DNA of 63,970 nucleotides, counting the filler, from Phoronis australis (lineage: Eukaryota; Animalia; Phoronida): NCBI GenBank assembly GCA_002633005.1. It is 8 parts of 8 records of this genome, joined end to end, with 100 filler letters (N's around TTAATTAATTAA, not from the genome) between each part and the next. Parts side by side here need not be neighbours in the genome. Positions count along the whole stretch, not along the records: positions 21,922 to 42,816 come from NMRA01000897.1; positions 42,917 to 48,288 come from NMRA01000516.1; 6 more parts are not named here. One strand, written 5' to 3'. Shown here in pieces: positions 35,777 through 47,710 of this stretch. The notes beneath the pieces are model-generated. The model saw only the letters and a program-made list of their open reading frames with translations. It was not told the DNA's origin and did no database searches. A program made the position numbers and the translations under genes. The first letter of the stretch is position 1. Each line of letters opens with the position of its first letter.

Positions 35777-38700
35777 GTGGATTTGTTTGGAGAAAAGTTT
35801 CCAGCTTTAATAGACGGCGATTCGCCTTGTTCTCTTATGTCTAGAGACGTTTTTGAGTTAAGTAGTTCACATATACGTAGTTTAGAACCCACTCTCATTT
35901 CATTGTCATGCGCAGGTGGGGCGCGTATTAATGATTACGGTTGCGTGGTGGCTGATTTTGACGTAACAGGCTTGCGACTGAAGCAGCGATTTGTTGTCGC
36001 CGACGTCAATCCTCAGGTGATTCTTGGATCAGACTTTTTGAAAAATAATTTTTGTAATTTGAGTGCAGCTCAGGAGGGTGACGTTTTACACCTCTGTGGA
36101 AAGTCGATCAATCTTTTGTCGGAGAAGAGGGTGCTTTGCAGTGTCATAGTTCCAAGGTCCATTTCTGAGGGGACGTTTGTCAGCGAAGTTACTGTCCATC
36201 TTCCGCCTCATTTGGAACCTGTAATTAAGGACGTAAGTGAGCGGTTGACTCCACAGCAGACTCTTTTGGTGCGGAAACTTGTGGCCGAGTTTTCAGATGT
36301 TTTCGCCGGTCCCAATGGCGAGCTTGGGAGAACTACGCTGGTCGAGCACACCATCTACACAGGCGATCATTTTCCAATTAAACAGGCTCCTCGACGGTTA
36401 CCTATAGCTCAGCGGGAGATTGCCGATGCGGAGATCGACAAGATGCTGGCTGCTGGGTTTATCGAACCAAGTGATTCGCCATGGGCCTCGCCGATGGTGT
36501 TGGTGCGAAAGAGAGAATCCAGCTACCGATTCTGTGTAGACTACCGGAAGTTGAACGCAGTGACCAGGAAAGATGCCTATCCTCTCCCATGCATAGACAC
36601 CTGCCTAGATTCCCTCGCGGGCATGTCATGGTTTACCACCCTTGACATGGCCAGTGGATATTGGCAGGTGCCAATGGCCAAGAAAGACAGGTCAAAGACT
36701 GCATTCGCCACTCATAGGGATCTTTTTGAGTTCACGTCTATGCCTTTTGGTCTGGCAAATGCACCATCTAGTTTTGAGCGTTTGGTAGAGAAGGTTTTTG
36801 CGGGAATGCAATGGGACAAGTGTTTACTGTATATTGACGACATCCTGGTCTTTGCAAAGACTTTCGACGACGCCCTCTGCGATCTCCGAGCACTTTTTCT
36901 ACGGTTGCGGGAGGCCGGTCTGCGACTTAAGCCGACCAAGTGCAGTCTGTTTCGGAGGGAAGTACCTTTCCTAGGCCACGCAGTGTCTGAGGCAGGAGTA
37001 AGTTGTGACCCTGAAAAGGTTGCTGCGGTTGCAGATTGGGAGACACCATCCTCAGTTTCGGAAGTACGCAGTTTCCTTGGATTGGCCTCATATTACCGAA
37101 GATTCATTCCTAACTTCTCCACTGTTGCTGCACCGTTGTCACGTTTGACCGGGAAGAACCAACGATTCGAGTGGGATGACACGTGCCAATTGGCATTTGA
37201 CCAGCTGAAGATACTGCTTACCAACCATCCAGTGTTAGCGTATCCCCGGCGGCAGGGAAGGTTTATCCTTGACACAGATGCATCGGCCTTTGGCATCTCA
37301 GGAGTACTATCTCAGGAACAGGATGGCGAGGAGAGGGTCATCGCCTATGCCAGCCAAACTCTGTCAGCGTCACAACAGCGCTACTGCACCACGTATCGTG
37401 AACTTTTGGCTGTTGTTACGTTTGTTAAGCGGTTCCGGCATTATTTGTGGGGCCGCAACTTCCTTATAAGAACAGATCATCACTCCTTGAAGTGGTTAAA
37501 GAAGTTTAAGGAACCCGTCGACATAGTTGCCAGGTGGATAGCGGTACTCGACACATATGACTACGAGATTAAGCACCGGAAGGGTAATCACCACGGTAAC
37601 GCTGATGGTTTGTCCAGGAAACCGTATCGCAGGTGCCAGCGATCTGATTGTGACCAGTGTGCTGGTCAACGAGTTGTCGCTGCAGTGAGACGGGGAAGAC
37701 GTGTCACCAAGGAACGTGAAAAACCCTGAGAGTGACGCTTAGCTGCCTACCTGGAATAAAGATGAGCTTCGTACTCTGCAACAGAACGATAAGGCCATAG
37801 GTCCAGTTGTGAAATTCATGTCTGAGTCCTCGGAGAAGCCAGAGCTTAAAGCTATATTGGGGCACTCCTGGGGTACCCGGCGTTTATTTTCTGGGTGGAA
37901 CCTTTTGCGCTTGCAGGATGGTGTTCTGTATCGGCGTTGGATCGACGCCCGTGGCGGCGGTGATCGAATGGTGATTGTACTTCCACGTCAGTTACGGAGT
38001 CAGGTTCTCCAGCTGACGCATGACGCAAGGACAGCGGGACATCTTGGTCGCAACAAGACTATTAGGACCGTCCGTTCTCGTTTCTACTGGCCAGGGCTGC
38101 AGGGTGATGTTTCCAGGTGGTGCAAGCGTTGCGAGATGTGCGCACGTCGCAAACCAGGTCCGGGCAGAGGTCGCGCACCACTTCAGCAGGGGCAAGCAGG
38201 CGCTCCATTCCAGCGCATTGCTTTGGACATACTTGGTCCTCTTCCAAAATTCGTACAATGACATGGAATACATCATGGTGGTCGGAGACTACCTTACCAA
38301 GTGGACGGAAGCTTATGCCTTACCAAACCACACGGCTCAGACAGTCGCAGACAAACTCGCGACAGAGTTTATCTCTAGATTTGGTGTACCAACGTACATC
38401 CATTCTGATCAGGGTCGGGAGTTTGAGAGTAACTTGTTCTCTGAACTTTGTCAATTGCTCGGAATGCAGAAGACTAGAACCACCCCATATCGTCCGCAAT
38501 CCGATGGCATGGTGGAGCGGTTTAATCGCACGGTCCAAGGGATGTTGGCCATGTTCGTAGACAAGCATCGGAGGGACTGGGACGACCATCTACCGTACGT
38601 CATGATGGCATATCGTTCTTCAGAGCATGACAGCACTGGTTTCACACCATACAAGTTATTGTTCGGTCGGGAGGTGTCGCTACCTTTGGATGTTATAGCT

Positions 38701-39150
38701 GGTAACCCTCCTGATGGTGTTGTGTCAGAATGTGCCAGTGAATATAACGAGTGGCTGTGTCAGACGCTGGAGGACGCCTGGAGCTTTGCTCGGGAGGCGC
38801 TGAATTCAAGTTTTCAGCGGCAGAAGAAGTACTACGATGCCCGAGAGAAATTTCGCAAATTTTGTGATGGGGACTGGGTCTTCCGATAGTACCCTCCAAC
38901 TGCTAACCAGAAACTTGGTCTTGGGTGGGTAGTTAGACGAGTAAGTGATGTGCTGTATGAAGTTCAGAAGGGACTTGATATGCCCAAAATTGTAGTCCAT
39001 GTTGATCATTTGAAGCCGTGGCATGGGCTTATTGGAGTTCACGAGAGACGAGATGCCACTCCGGAGCCTGATCAGGGGGCGGAGGTGGTAAGCTCAGAAG
39101 AGGTCGACAGTGAAGTGTGTTCTGGCTCTCTGGACATTCTGATCGAGTGA
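35777..39150 (+). pseudogene. Gypsy-C pol (PR-RT-RNase H-IN); stop at 37727, frameshift ~38255, stop at 38887
   Basis: RT SPWASPMVLVRK..YRFCVDYRKLN, LDMASGYWQ and YIDDIL. RH DTDASAFG, RELLAV and TDHHSL. IN HD...GHLG..FYWPG..CEMC, HSDQGREFES and PYRPQSDGMVER. C-terminal VVHVDHLKPW. Confidence 0.95.
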
Positions 39151-39301
39151 GGCTAAGAATGATGTTTCTTCGGGTACTGACTGCCGTGGCGCTGTCCACG
39201 CTGCAGCAAGAACACCAGTTGTTCGCAACCGCCGAGGCAGGTTGATCAAGACACCGGCCCGGTTTCTATAATTTTTTTAAAAATTTTGTTTCTTCTTGCA
39301 G

Positions 39302-39773
39302 AGACCTTCAGCCAGATCCTGCAGAGGTGGAGCAACTTGTGGGGAAGCCAGAGGAGGCCACCAGCCAATCTCGACCCGTATACAAGTGCACCGAGTGTGA
39401 CAGGACGTTCACCAAATTTTACACGCTGAAGCAGCACGGAAAGACTTGCTCACCGTTAATTAAACTTACCTGTTGTTCACATTGTAAGCGTAGGTTTTCA
39501 GCTAGACGCGCGTGCCGAAAACACCAACGCAAGACCGGCCACGACGGAACGACAGAAATACTGGTTCAGAACCGGAAACATGCAAAGGCTGTCGCTGCCG
39601 CAGAACGCCGGCGAGAGGTAGACGCCAGAAGGGACGTTCCCCAGCCATTTCCTGAAGTTACGGTGGCGCGAGACGAGGCAGTGCGTTGGGATCGACCGAG
39701 AAGGCCGGATGTATGTCTCCCCCAAACCGCACTGGTTCCGCGTCCCCGTCGAGCCATACCGCCATTATATTAG
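39302..39773 (+). CDS. Gypsy-C accessory ORF (exon 2): basic protein with two C2H2-type zinc fingers
   Basis: Strong acceptor ttttgtttcttcttgcag (AG 39300-39301). Open frame to TAG at 39773 with YKCTECDRTFTKFYTLKQHGKTC and CSHCKRRFSARRACRKHQRKTGH. There is no in-frame ATG after the acceptor, implying splicing. Confidence 0.7.
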
Positions 39774-40051
39774 CTAGCTAGTGTTTTTAGTTCGTTTGAT
39801 GTATGTGTACAGGTGATGGCCGCACCTTAATTGTTTTCTTTTATTCATTTTTTGTATTAGTTTGATTTTTTTATTACGGGCAGTGTTACTGTGTAAGTTG
39901 CTCGATTAACTTCATGGTGTTTGGATAGTTTCTTTTTGTCGTTATCAGTTTGATTTTGATATCGATATGTTTAAGTGATTTGAAGTTCACTCCTGTTTCT
40001 TTTATTTTTTATTATCAGTCACGGGTGTGACATGATCTGAGGCAGGGGGAG

Positions 40052-40659
40052 TGTAACAGGAGTGGCCTGGACATGATTATGTAAGTAAGATATATGCGCC
40101 CTCTAGTGGTCAAGCTGTGTATTACGTATGGAATTTTCCTATGATTTTTGAGTCCTTTGGATATGGCGAAATATGGTCAGAACCTAGGAGTTATGGGCCT
40201 TGCCCTTCGGATCGTGTCTGATTGGTTGAAATTGTGTACTTAAGCTTTGTCTCTGTCAGACACGAGGAGTCCAGTCGCAGAGTTCAAGAAGCAAACATTT
40301 ACACATTCACTCAAACCAAATTGCAACTGTTTGTGCAGCTTTCGGGCTCCTCCCGAACTTGTTGCCAATAGTTTAGCCCCAGCAATTCTCGGGCTCCTCC
40401 CGAGCTTGATTGCATCTCACCTTTCGGATCTGAATAACCAAATTGCCCCGTTCTTGCACACACAACTATCAATCAGCGACTGGCTTGCCCGTGTATCAGA
40501 ACTGTATAAATCACAACGCTGCGATACTAAATCATGGAACAACTGGATTGCTTGTAAGTGTAAAATATTGTAGTTATATATTCTTACAATAAACCTATGT
40601 ATTATTCACCAACTTTTAGTTTTCAATATCACCCTCAGTCCGCACCGGGCTCGTAAAAT
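40052..40659 (+). repeat. Gypsy-C 3' LTR, lacking its last 40 bp
   Basis: Identity to the 5' LTR stops after ...gggctcgtaaaat. The equivalent of 33948-33987 and the TSD are absent. Confidence 0.9.
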
Positions 40660-40814
40660 GTTTAAGTTCTGCATATTCTCCGTACTAGCTGTAGAATTGT
40701 CTAGTATTTTAGTTCTGTATCTTCATTTTGTAGATTTTAAATTTGTCTAATAGCACTTGTGCTAACTTTTCATTGTTAAATCTCACCGACTTTTAAATAA
40801 AGATTATTACTACT
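40660..40814 (+). mobile_element. Displaced 3' UTR/tail of the LINE
   Basis: AT-rich UTR ending AATAAAG-ATTATTACTACT (short-repeat tail typical of CR1/L2), directly after the Gypsy-C 3' LTR. Confidence 0.6.
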
Positions 40815-41084
40815 CTCCATGCAAAAATGGGCACTGAAACAGTACATAAAAAGGACAGTCTGTGTTTTCACAAGCTCACAACTGAATACGCAGTGTATAG
40901 GGAACTTAGATGAGTCCTATAGGGACTCAGTGCTTCATGCGATCGCCACTGGTAAGGCCCTACCTGAATGAGCTATATGTATCTCATTCATTGGGTTAGC
41001 CCATAGACATAGCGGTATTAATTATGATGTCTACTATCAAGGTACCTAAACTACACGGTCAACGGACTCTTAAACCGTCACGGC

Positions 41085-41475
41085 CGGGCACCGACGACGG
41101 ACGCATGAACACGATTCACGCCCTGCAAACACCGTCCACTGACTCACAAACACGGGAACGGACTCACAAAACACGATCCAAATACACGGGACACGGACTC
41201 ATATTCACGAGGAAACACGGTTAACAGACCGCCAAACACGGTTTACGGACAAATGAAGATGTCCCTCAGCTGACCCAGGAAGCCCGGGTCACGGACTCGG
41301 GCTGAGTCCGTGACCCGGTCACGGTGTTTAGCGGTCCGCGTGTTTCCCCCGTGAATATGAGTCAGTGTCCCGTGTATTTGGGTGCCTGGATCGTGTTTTG
41401 TGAGTCCGTTCCTGTGTTTGTGAGTCAGTGGACGGTGTTTGCAGGTCCTTGAGTCGTGTTCATGCGTCCGTGCCC
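41085..41475. mobile_element. Foldback/MITE: long inverted repeat
   Basis: Arms ~41095-41240 and ~41320-41472 are reverse complements (acggacgcatgaacacga, tgcaaacaccgtccactgactcacaaacac, ggactcacaaaacacgatcca). Central hairpin gggtcacggactc/gagtccgtgaccc. Confidence 0.8.
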
Positions 41476-42149
41476 AGTGGCGGATCTACGAGGGGGTTCA
41501 GGGGGTTTAAACCCCCCTCGGGCCAGGACCCAAAAATTAAAAAAAACAAAAGCGTCTCAAGCAAAACAAAAACGGCACCGCCAGCGTGTGTAAACCCCAA
41601 GTAAACCAACTTGGAAAAAATGAGGGGGGCTCACTCATTGTGAATTGCTGAGTCTTTGTGGCTCATCGGCAAAACGCGCGGGGATTTATTGTGCGCGCGC
41701 TTCCGTCGACACTTCTGAAGTAGCCAAGCATTTTAGATGGATTCACCGCTGAAAGAGCAGTTAGCTGATTTCTTTAGGTAACTAGCTTCTTTACTCTAAG
41801 ATATGTTTTGATTTGATTAGGGGAAATACTGCGGTGCCGCAACCCTGATATTCAGGCCGGCGAATTGACGTGCAACGTTTTTACCTCATCTGTCATGCCG
41901 TGTCATTCTATTACACTCCACACATTTGTAACTGATGTATAGTAAAGTTGTCTTGCGCAATATCATACAGTGTACATGTACATGTACATGTAATATTGTG
42001 TACATGTACATGTAATATTTTTGAAAAAAAATTTCTTTTTACGAAGAATTGCTATTGTGGCGGGCGCCGTGGTCTGGTCGCGAGTCCGTTCGAAGACACT
42101 CTCTATAACAAGTTATGTCTATACAAGGAATGACCAAGGGGGCACTCAC

Positions 42150-42815
42150 ATTGAGAAAGTGACCGCATTCGCGAAAAGTGTACAGTACCAGAAATTGCGG
42201 GGAGGCTGTTCTTTCACAACAAAGTCTTGCGGGACTCGTGCGATGTTCAACAGGCCTCCTAAGGAGCCCTAGTGCCGACCTCAACACCTACCGTCTGTCT
42301 ACCTGCAATAACCACACTGCCGTCTTCTATACTGGGAATTTCCGCAGAAAGGCTCACCCGATGAAACGCTCATGCCCATGGGCATTTATTTGATATTAGT
42401 ACTTCGGGTTTCAAGCGTTCAGACATTGGGACGTTTATTTCGAAAATTGCAAGAGATGCAAATAGGTCCTGGGATGCTTCGTCAAGGTTTGAAGTAGTAC
42501 ATGATGAACGGATCAAATTTAGTTGCGCATATAAGTCTTTCGAATGGACTTGGCAACCTCAAGGGTCTTAGTGTCAACTGAGCTGCGAAACGAGATGCTG
42601 ACATTGTAGAGGATTACAAGCTCATTGACACAGCAGTTGACGAAGTGCAAGCGTTGGGAACAAATATCGAAGATATCTGGGTAGAATGGTTCCAAGACGA
42701 GTAAATCATTGGATCCGATATACAAATTCCTCGGCAGTCTAGACAACAGAAGGATAGGACTAACGTATGAGTAACCACTGGGGATTTAAATTTTAGAGAG
42801 AAGTTTTCAATTCAA
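42150..42815 (+). pseudogene. hAT transposase remnant (THAP12/PRKRIR/ZMYM1-like)
   Basis: Manual translation of ~42545-42770 gives GNLKGLSV..KRDADIVEDYKLIDTAVDEVQALGTNIEDIWVEWFQD..IQIPRQSRQQKDRTNV, matching the L..L...LQ...DI..A...I ... PR...RQ..R.N region of these hATs. Confidence 0.65.
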
Positions 42816-43059
42816 ANNNNNNNNNNNNNNNNNNNNNNNNNNNNNNNNNNNNNNNNNNNNTTAATTAATTAANNNNNNNNNNNNNNNNNNNNNNNNNNNN
42901 NNNNNNNNNNNNNNNNGATTTAGAGTTCAATTGGCGCCAATGTACAAACTGAGAATTGAACCGGAATTTCCTGTGTGACATCCAAACGTCCAAAGCGTTC
43001 GGCCAAGACACAGTTGCATGGTCACACCCCTGAAGTAACGGGTCAGTCTCCCTTTAAGG

Positions 43060-43235
43060 TGTACTGATAAGTGTACCATACTGAAGAAGTGCAATGTACC
43101 ACATTGAAGGTGTGCAGTGTACCATAAGGTGTGCAGTGTACCTCAATGAAGGTGTGCAGAGTACCATACTGAAGGTGTGCAGTGTACCATTCTGAAGATT
43201 AGTGCAACGTACCTCACTGAAGATGTGCAGTGTAC
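43060..43235. repeat. ~21-bp minisatellite (gtaccatactgaaggtgtgca)
   Basis: About 8 degenerate tandem units. Confidence 0.8.
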
Positions 43236-43859
43236 TGCAGTCACAGTATGCAGTATATCGTATCAGCGATGTACTTTTACTGTCTTAGAATTTGTTATTA
43301 TGGTGCCTGTGACAAACTACCTAACCAAATTCATCAATGTTGCGATTAACAGTACTATAAATTCCCCAATTTTCATGCACCCACAAAATATACAATAGGC
43401 AACTCTTATGTTAACAGGTTTTACGTACAAGTGGGCAAGAAAGCATGTACTGTTTACCCCAGACTTCTGGCAAATACCTCGGCTCATCAAAGGCTTGATA
43501 TTAAAGGTCACAAGTTGTCACAAATTGAAGTGAGCTAGCCGCTATTCACGGGCTTGGACGAATGTGTACTGGATGAGATAATTGCGGTCGTTAACCAACG
43601 TGCCTGTTTAACGTACGGGTTTCAAAGTAAAAAAACGAACAATTAATTAAAGGCAAATGACCAATAATTGAAAATATAAATCGGTAAATAAAACAACCAG
43701 AATGGATCGCCTGAAATTTGAAATTTTCGGATGTAATAACTTCCTTTGTCAACAGAAACAAACAGAAATAAAGTAAAATCAAACACTATATGACAATTGA
43801 CATATAAGATATGGTGTAATGAATACGATACATTTTTGCGTAAAAAATTGAATGACATA

Positions 43860-44280
43860 TTTTAAGAAGTTTTTATGTTCAATCCATGAGGTTCTATTGT
43901 ATTGAGCTTGTCTATCCAATATTGTTCTCTTTTGAGTCTGTGAGGGGTACTGGGGTGTTGGAGTTTTTCTATTATTTGTACAGAAAGATCTTGAATATTA
44001 TGGTTTTTGGAATTGAAATGATTACCTATGGTATCAGAAATGTTTTTATGTATTATGTTAAATCTATGATTACGAAACCGAGTTTTTAGATTATGTTGAG
44101 TTTGTCCTACGTATTGGATAGAACATTTTTTACTCAAGTTATAAGGTAAATAATATTGTTGGTGGTGTAATCAGAATAATGTTTTATTTCAAAGTATTCA
44201 TTGGTTTGGGAAGACTGGAAAAAAGTGCTATCGTTGACAAAGTTACACATTTATGGTCACCTCTGTCTCTTCAGTTCCTT
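43860..44280 (-). mobile_element. Penelope-like element fragment: GIY-YIG endonuclease
   Basis: NIIYLIT / KKCSIQYVGQTQHNLKTRFRNH...IGNHFNSKNH...LKREQYWIDKLNTIEPHGLN, a classic PLE GIY-YIG C-terminus. Confidence 0.9.
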
Positions 44281-45594
44281 GACAGATTTTCATAAAAGAA
44301 GACGACAACGACATATTTCATTTGCAGATGGATACTGGTTATTCTATAGGCTAGCTTGTGGTTATTTTTATTACTGCACCTCTCTGGCTGCCAAACCACT
44401 CTAAGGATTATGAAAATTGACTGCTGTTTTCCTGCTGGGGAGACATTGACTGACAATTTTCAGCTGGGTCCATTCACTTCGACTCCCTTTGTGGCATGGT
44501 TTTTTAATCCACAACTGTGCCTCTGTATTTCATTGGAGTTTCTTTGTGAAATTTTGGGCTTGGAGCAGGGTAACTAGTCCTCATAGTGGCTTAAAAAGTT
44601 TCTGTCATTTAATCATCATTGTCATTCTTATGGTGCAAGCCTTCAGAAATTGTCATGCAAGGTCAGAGAAAGTAGTTGTGTGTGAACCCTGCTCCTAGTC
44701 ATGCCAACTGTCCTAATTGGCTTGCGTAAGTAAACACAGCTTAACAAAGAGTTCATTATTATTTGTCACTTTTCATGGTAAGATTATTCTGTTTCAGTTC
44801 AGTGTGATGACCCTCGAGGCTGGTGGTTCTCTAGGGAAGTTAACTACTATCACGCGCAGGACTACACAGACTATTGTGCTGGATATGAACAGTCTCTTAG
44901 TGCCATAGAACAAGCATTTGAACAGAAGGTTTGGCCAGGCTATAAAATTCTCACTTAATTGATAAAATATTTTACTAAAAATTTGATTATTTTGTCTAGT
45001 AAGCTCTAGACATGGGTTGAGTACTTGTGTGCCACTGACCCGAGCCCAAGTTAGATTGGAATTAAGCTTCACTACGTAAGTTGTGCTTGGCTGCTTATTT
45101 CTAACGCAACTCATTTGGCTGTTAAAGTAAAGAAATTGAATATGAGAAAATGAAAGTTGTGTGTAACATACTTTTTACGGAAAATAATTCTTTTCTCCAT
45201 CATGCTCTCCCCCAAATTGTGCATTACATGAAATTTTACATGGAAATGACAAAATTTGTCATTTGAGATTATAGTGTATTAGCTGGTGGCTTAAGTGGAG
45301 TGAAAATTGCCAGTCGCCAGGAGTCTTGAGTTACGCAGTTTGTACTGCAGTGAAGTGCGCAATGTGACATAGTATGTGCAAGTGTCAAGAGTATGAGTGG
45401 ACACTGATATGGCGTTCTGAAGTTAGCCCAACTTTTAAACATTTTTAAGTTCTACGTATTCTTGATCTTGGACTGCTTTCATCACAGGGTCCATTTGATG
45501 GAGTGCTGGGCTTTAGTCAGGGGGCATGCCTCGTGTCTTTACTCTGTGCCCTCCAACAGCAGAACAGTAAGTGATATGAGAAAGCTGTCTAATA

Positions 45595-45800
45595 ATACTG
45601 CTGTTTCATCAGACGATGTGATACACACAGGACATACTATTGTTTTATCAGACAATGTGATACACCCTGGACTATAGTACTGTTTCATCAGATGATCTGA
45701 TACACCCAGGACTTTACTACTGTTTCATCAGACGATGTGATACACCCAGGACTTACTACTGTTTCATTAGACGATGTGATAAACTGACGACTTTACTGAC
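45595..45800. repeat. 40-bp minisatellite (ctgtttcatcagacgatgtgatacacccaggactttacta), ~5 copies
   Basis: Tandem units are directly visible. Confidence 0.85.
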
Positions 45801-46789
45801 CAATCAGAACGCAGCATTCTTGACACACCTTCGTCTGCGTTTCCAAGCCACCATTTTACCTAACGAACAACACGTTGTCATGTTAAACTTATTAGTCTAT
45901 AGCTCAAGAAATTGGGCGATAAGAATGAAGAAACGGTGTTGAGATGATGTGTATAATTCCGACAGTCTTTATGCAACTCGAGAAGAATATCCCGTCATTT
46001 TGTGGGCGTGTCAAAAGGTGTACACTGCGGATCAAACTGCGCCGGTGAACGGCCGCATGAGCAGCTGAACTTGGCAATGTTGCGTGATTACTCAAAGATT
46101 AAACACAAATACATTTGTTTCCAGATACGCACTTTTCGGTTTGGTGGTTATAGCCTAGGCCTATCTGATTTTGACTCCGGAGTTTCACTCGTGTAACCGT
46201 CTTTGTCTCGGCACCGACTTGCTGAATCTCAGCATTAGTCTAGCGGTAGTTCCCGGAAATCGTTGTTTTTCAGGAGATTTTTTATTATTTTTCATTTGTT
46301 TCGACCTAATGGACATCGTTTTGTTTCGTAGTAGAGGAACTTTCTTGTTATTAATATACACGTAGGCTGGCGTTCAACTGAACTTCTCCTCAAAACTGAG
46401 AGATTCGTTCGGCACAGCCAGGGCCACTGGATTACAGCACAGCGAGGGGCACTGGATTACTGAACTCAAAACCGTGTTCGAGCTGTTATCACGAAAAAAA
46501 AGTTGTATTACTTTTTAATGAGAACCTGACGTATACACACTGTAGATATAAAGAGAGCTCATTTTGAACTTGTTCTAACATTATGTTTATATTAATGAAG
46601 CTTTAAAAATGAATTTTAGTTATTTTTGTAACTAGCCACTTTTGCTACAACAAAATACTTGTCATCTTTTGTAACCATACCACACCTTAGCGACCATGCT
46701 ACATTTAAAATTAATTGGAAGCTAACTTTATGCAACGAAACTACAAAAAATGCGAAGTTCACGAGAGGGTAGACCTAACTTAAATGTTT

Positions 46790-47710
46790 TAAAGGAGAAT
46801 GCCACCCAAAAAACAATATATTTTGTATCAATTCAAATCGAGTAGTTCCCATGGTCGGCGTAGCACTGAAAAAGTGAGTGGGGGGCATAACCCCCCTAGA
46901 CCCCTATGGTGCGCCGCCCATGGTTCCACTCGATAACAGCAAATTCAGTTCTTTTACCTGACACCTGCGACAGAAGGGGCTGTTGAAAATAACCAATGAC
47001 ATCAAAGGTTCGAATGCAGTCTGTTCAGCAGTTCACAACATGCTTAGAAGTGTCAGCTTATCGCTTGAATTCATCGTTTTACACCCATAAATCATCAAAA
47101 TTCGATGTAAAACCCTTTCAAACACACCGAGTTCTTGTACAAACGCGTTGTTTTATTTCGCTGTTACGGGCATATACATACCGTAGCCTACACAGTTCGG
47201 TAGGCCAATTTACCAAAGTCGGTTGCGGGACTTTGGGGTCTGTTCGAATTCATGATGCAGCTGGTGCACACTCAGCTGTGGTTGATAGCAAATTCGTTCC
47301 CGCTTGTCCGACCTAAGCAGCTGCGAGGAAAGCGGGTATATCGTTTATTTACTTCCTCGAGAGTCCGAAATGCTTAGGAAGTGGTTCATGGTAGTGAAGA
47401 ATGAAATGTACGCTGTAAATAGCAAGTATGAGGCCGTGAAACATGTCCGTGTCTGTGGCCTGCAGACGTCGACAGTGCCTGACAAATGCCGGCTTACCAA
47501 ATAACTCCATACGTTCCGTTGTCGGAGCTTGTTCACGGCGCCTCTCTAGTATTTCTTCATCACTGTATTCCTGTTCGAATTGATAGCCTGTAAAACTTAA
47601 CGATCCACCTGCGAAGTCGGGACTGATGAGCTCTAGCTCGTCCGCAAAAGGTACCCGCTCATCCAAAACCTTTACGGCTAACAGATGGCGCTTTTCATCA
47701 ATCACGTGTC
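46790..47710. mobile_element. Second Kolobok-like remnant with convergent THAP-like (+) and KolX-like (-) fragments
   Basis: TTAA-AGGAGAATGCCACCC start. + strand VPACP..RKAGISF..LRKWFMVVK..KHVRVCGL. - strand GYQFEQEYSDEEILERR. Segment 47080-47250 resembles 29945-30115. Right TIR not found. Confidence 0.5.

Larger units (their letters stand above)
33340..40659 (+). mobile_element. Near-complete Ty3/Gypsy LTR retrotransposon (Gypsy-C) with an extra 3' ORF
   Basis: LTRs 33340-33987 and 40052-40659 (~8 substitutions + 2 single-base indels over ~608 bp). PBS-like TGGTGCACGTGGCCCG at 33989, PPT GAGGCAGGGGGAG at 40039-40051, gag-pol present. Confidence 0.95.

Noticed and set aside
45595-45800. 40-bp repeats as a CRISPR array or hammerhead array (CTGATGAAAC on the - strand)
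   Set aside because: Head-to-tail units with no unique spacers, eukaryotic context, no cas genes, and no stem II between CUGAUGA and GAAA.
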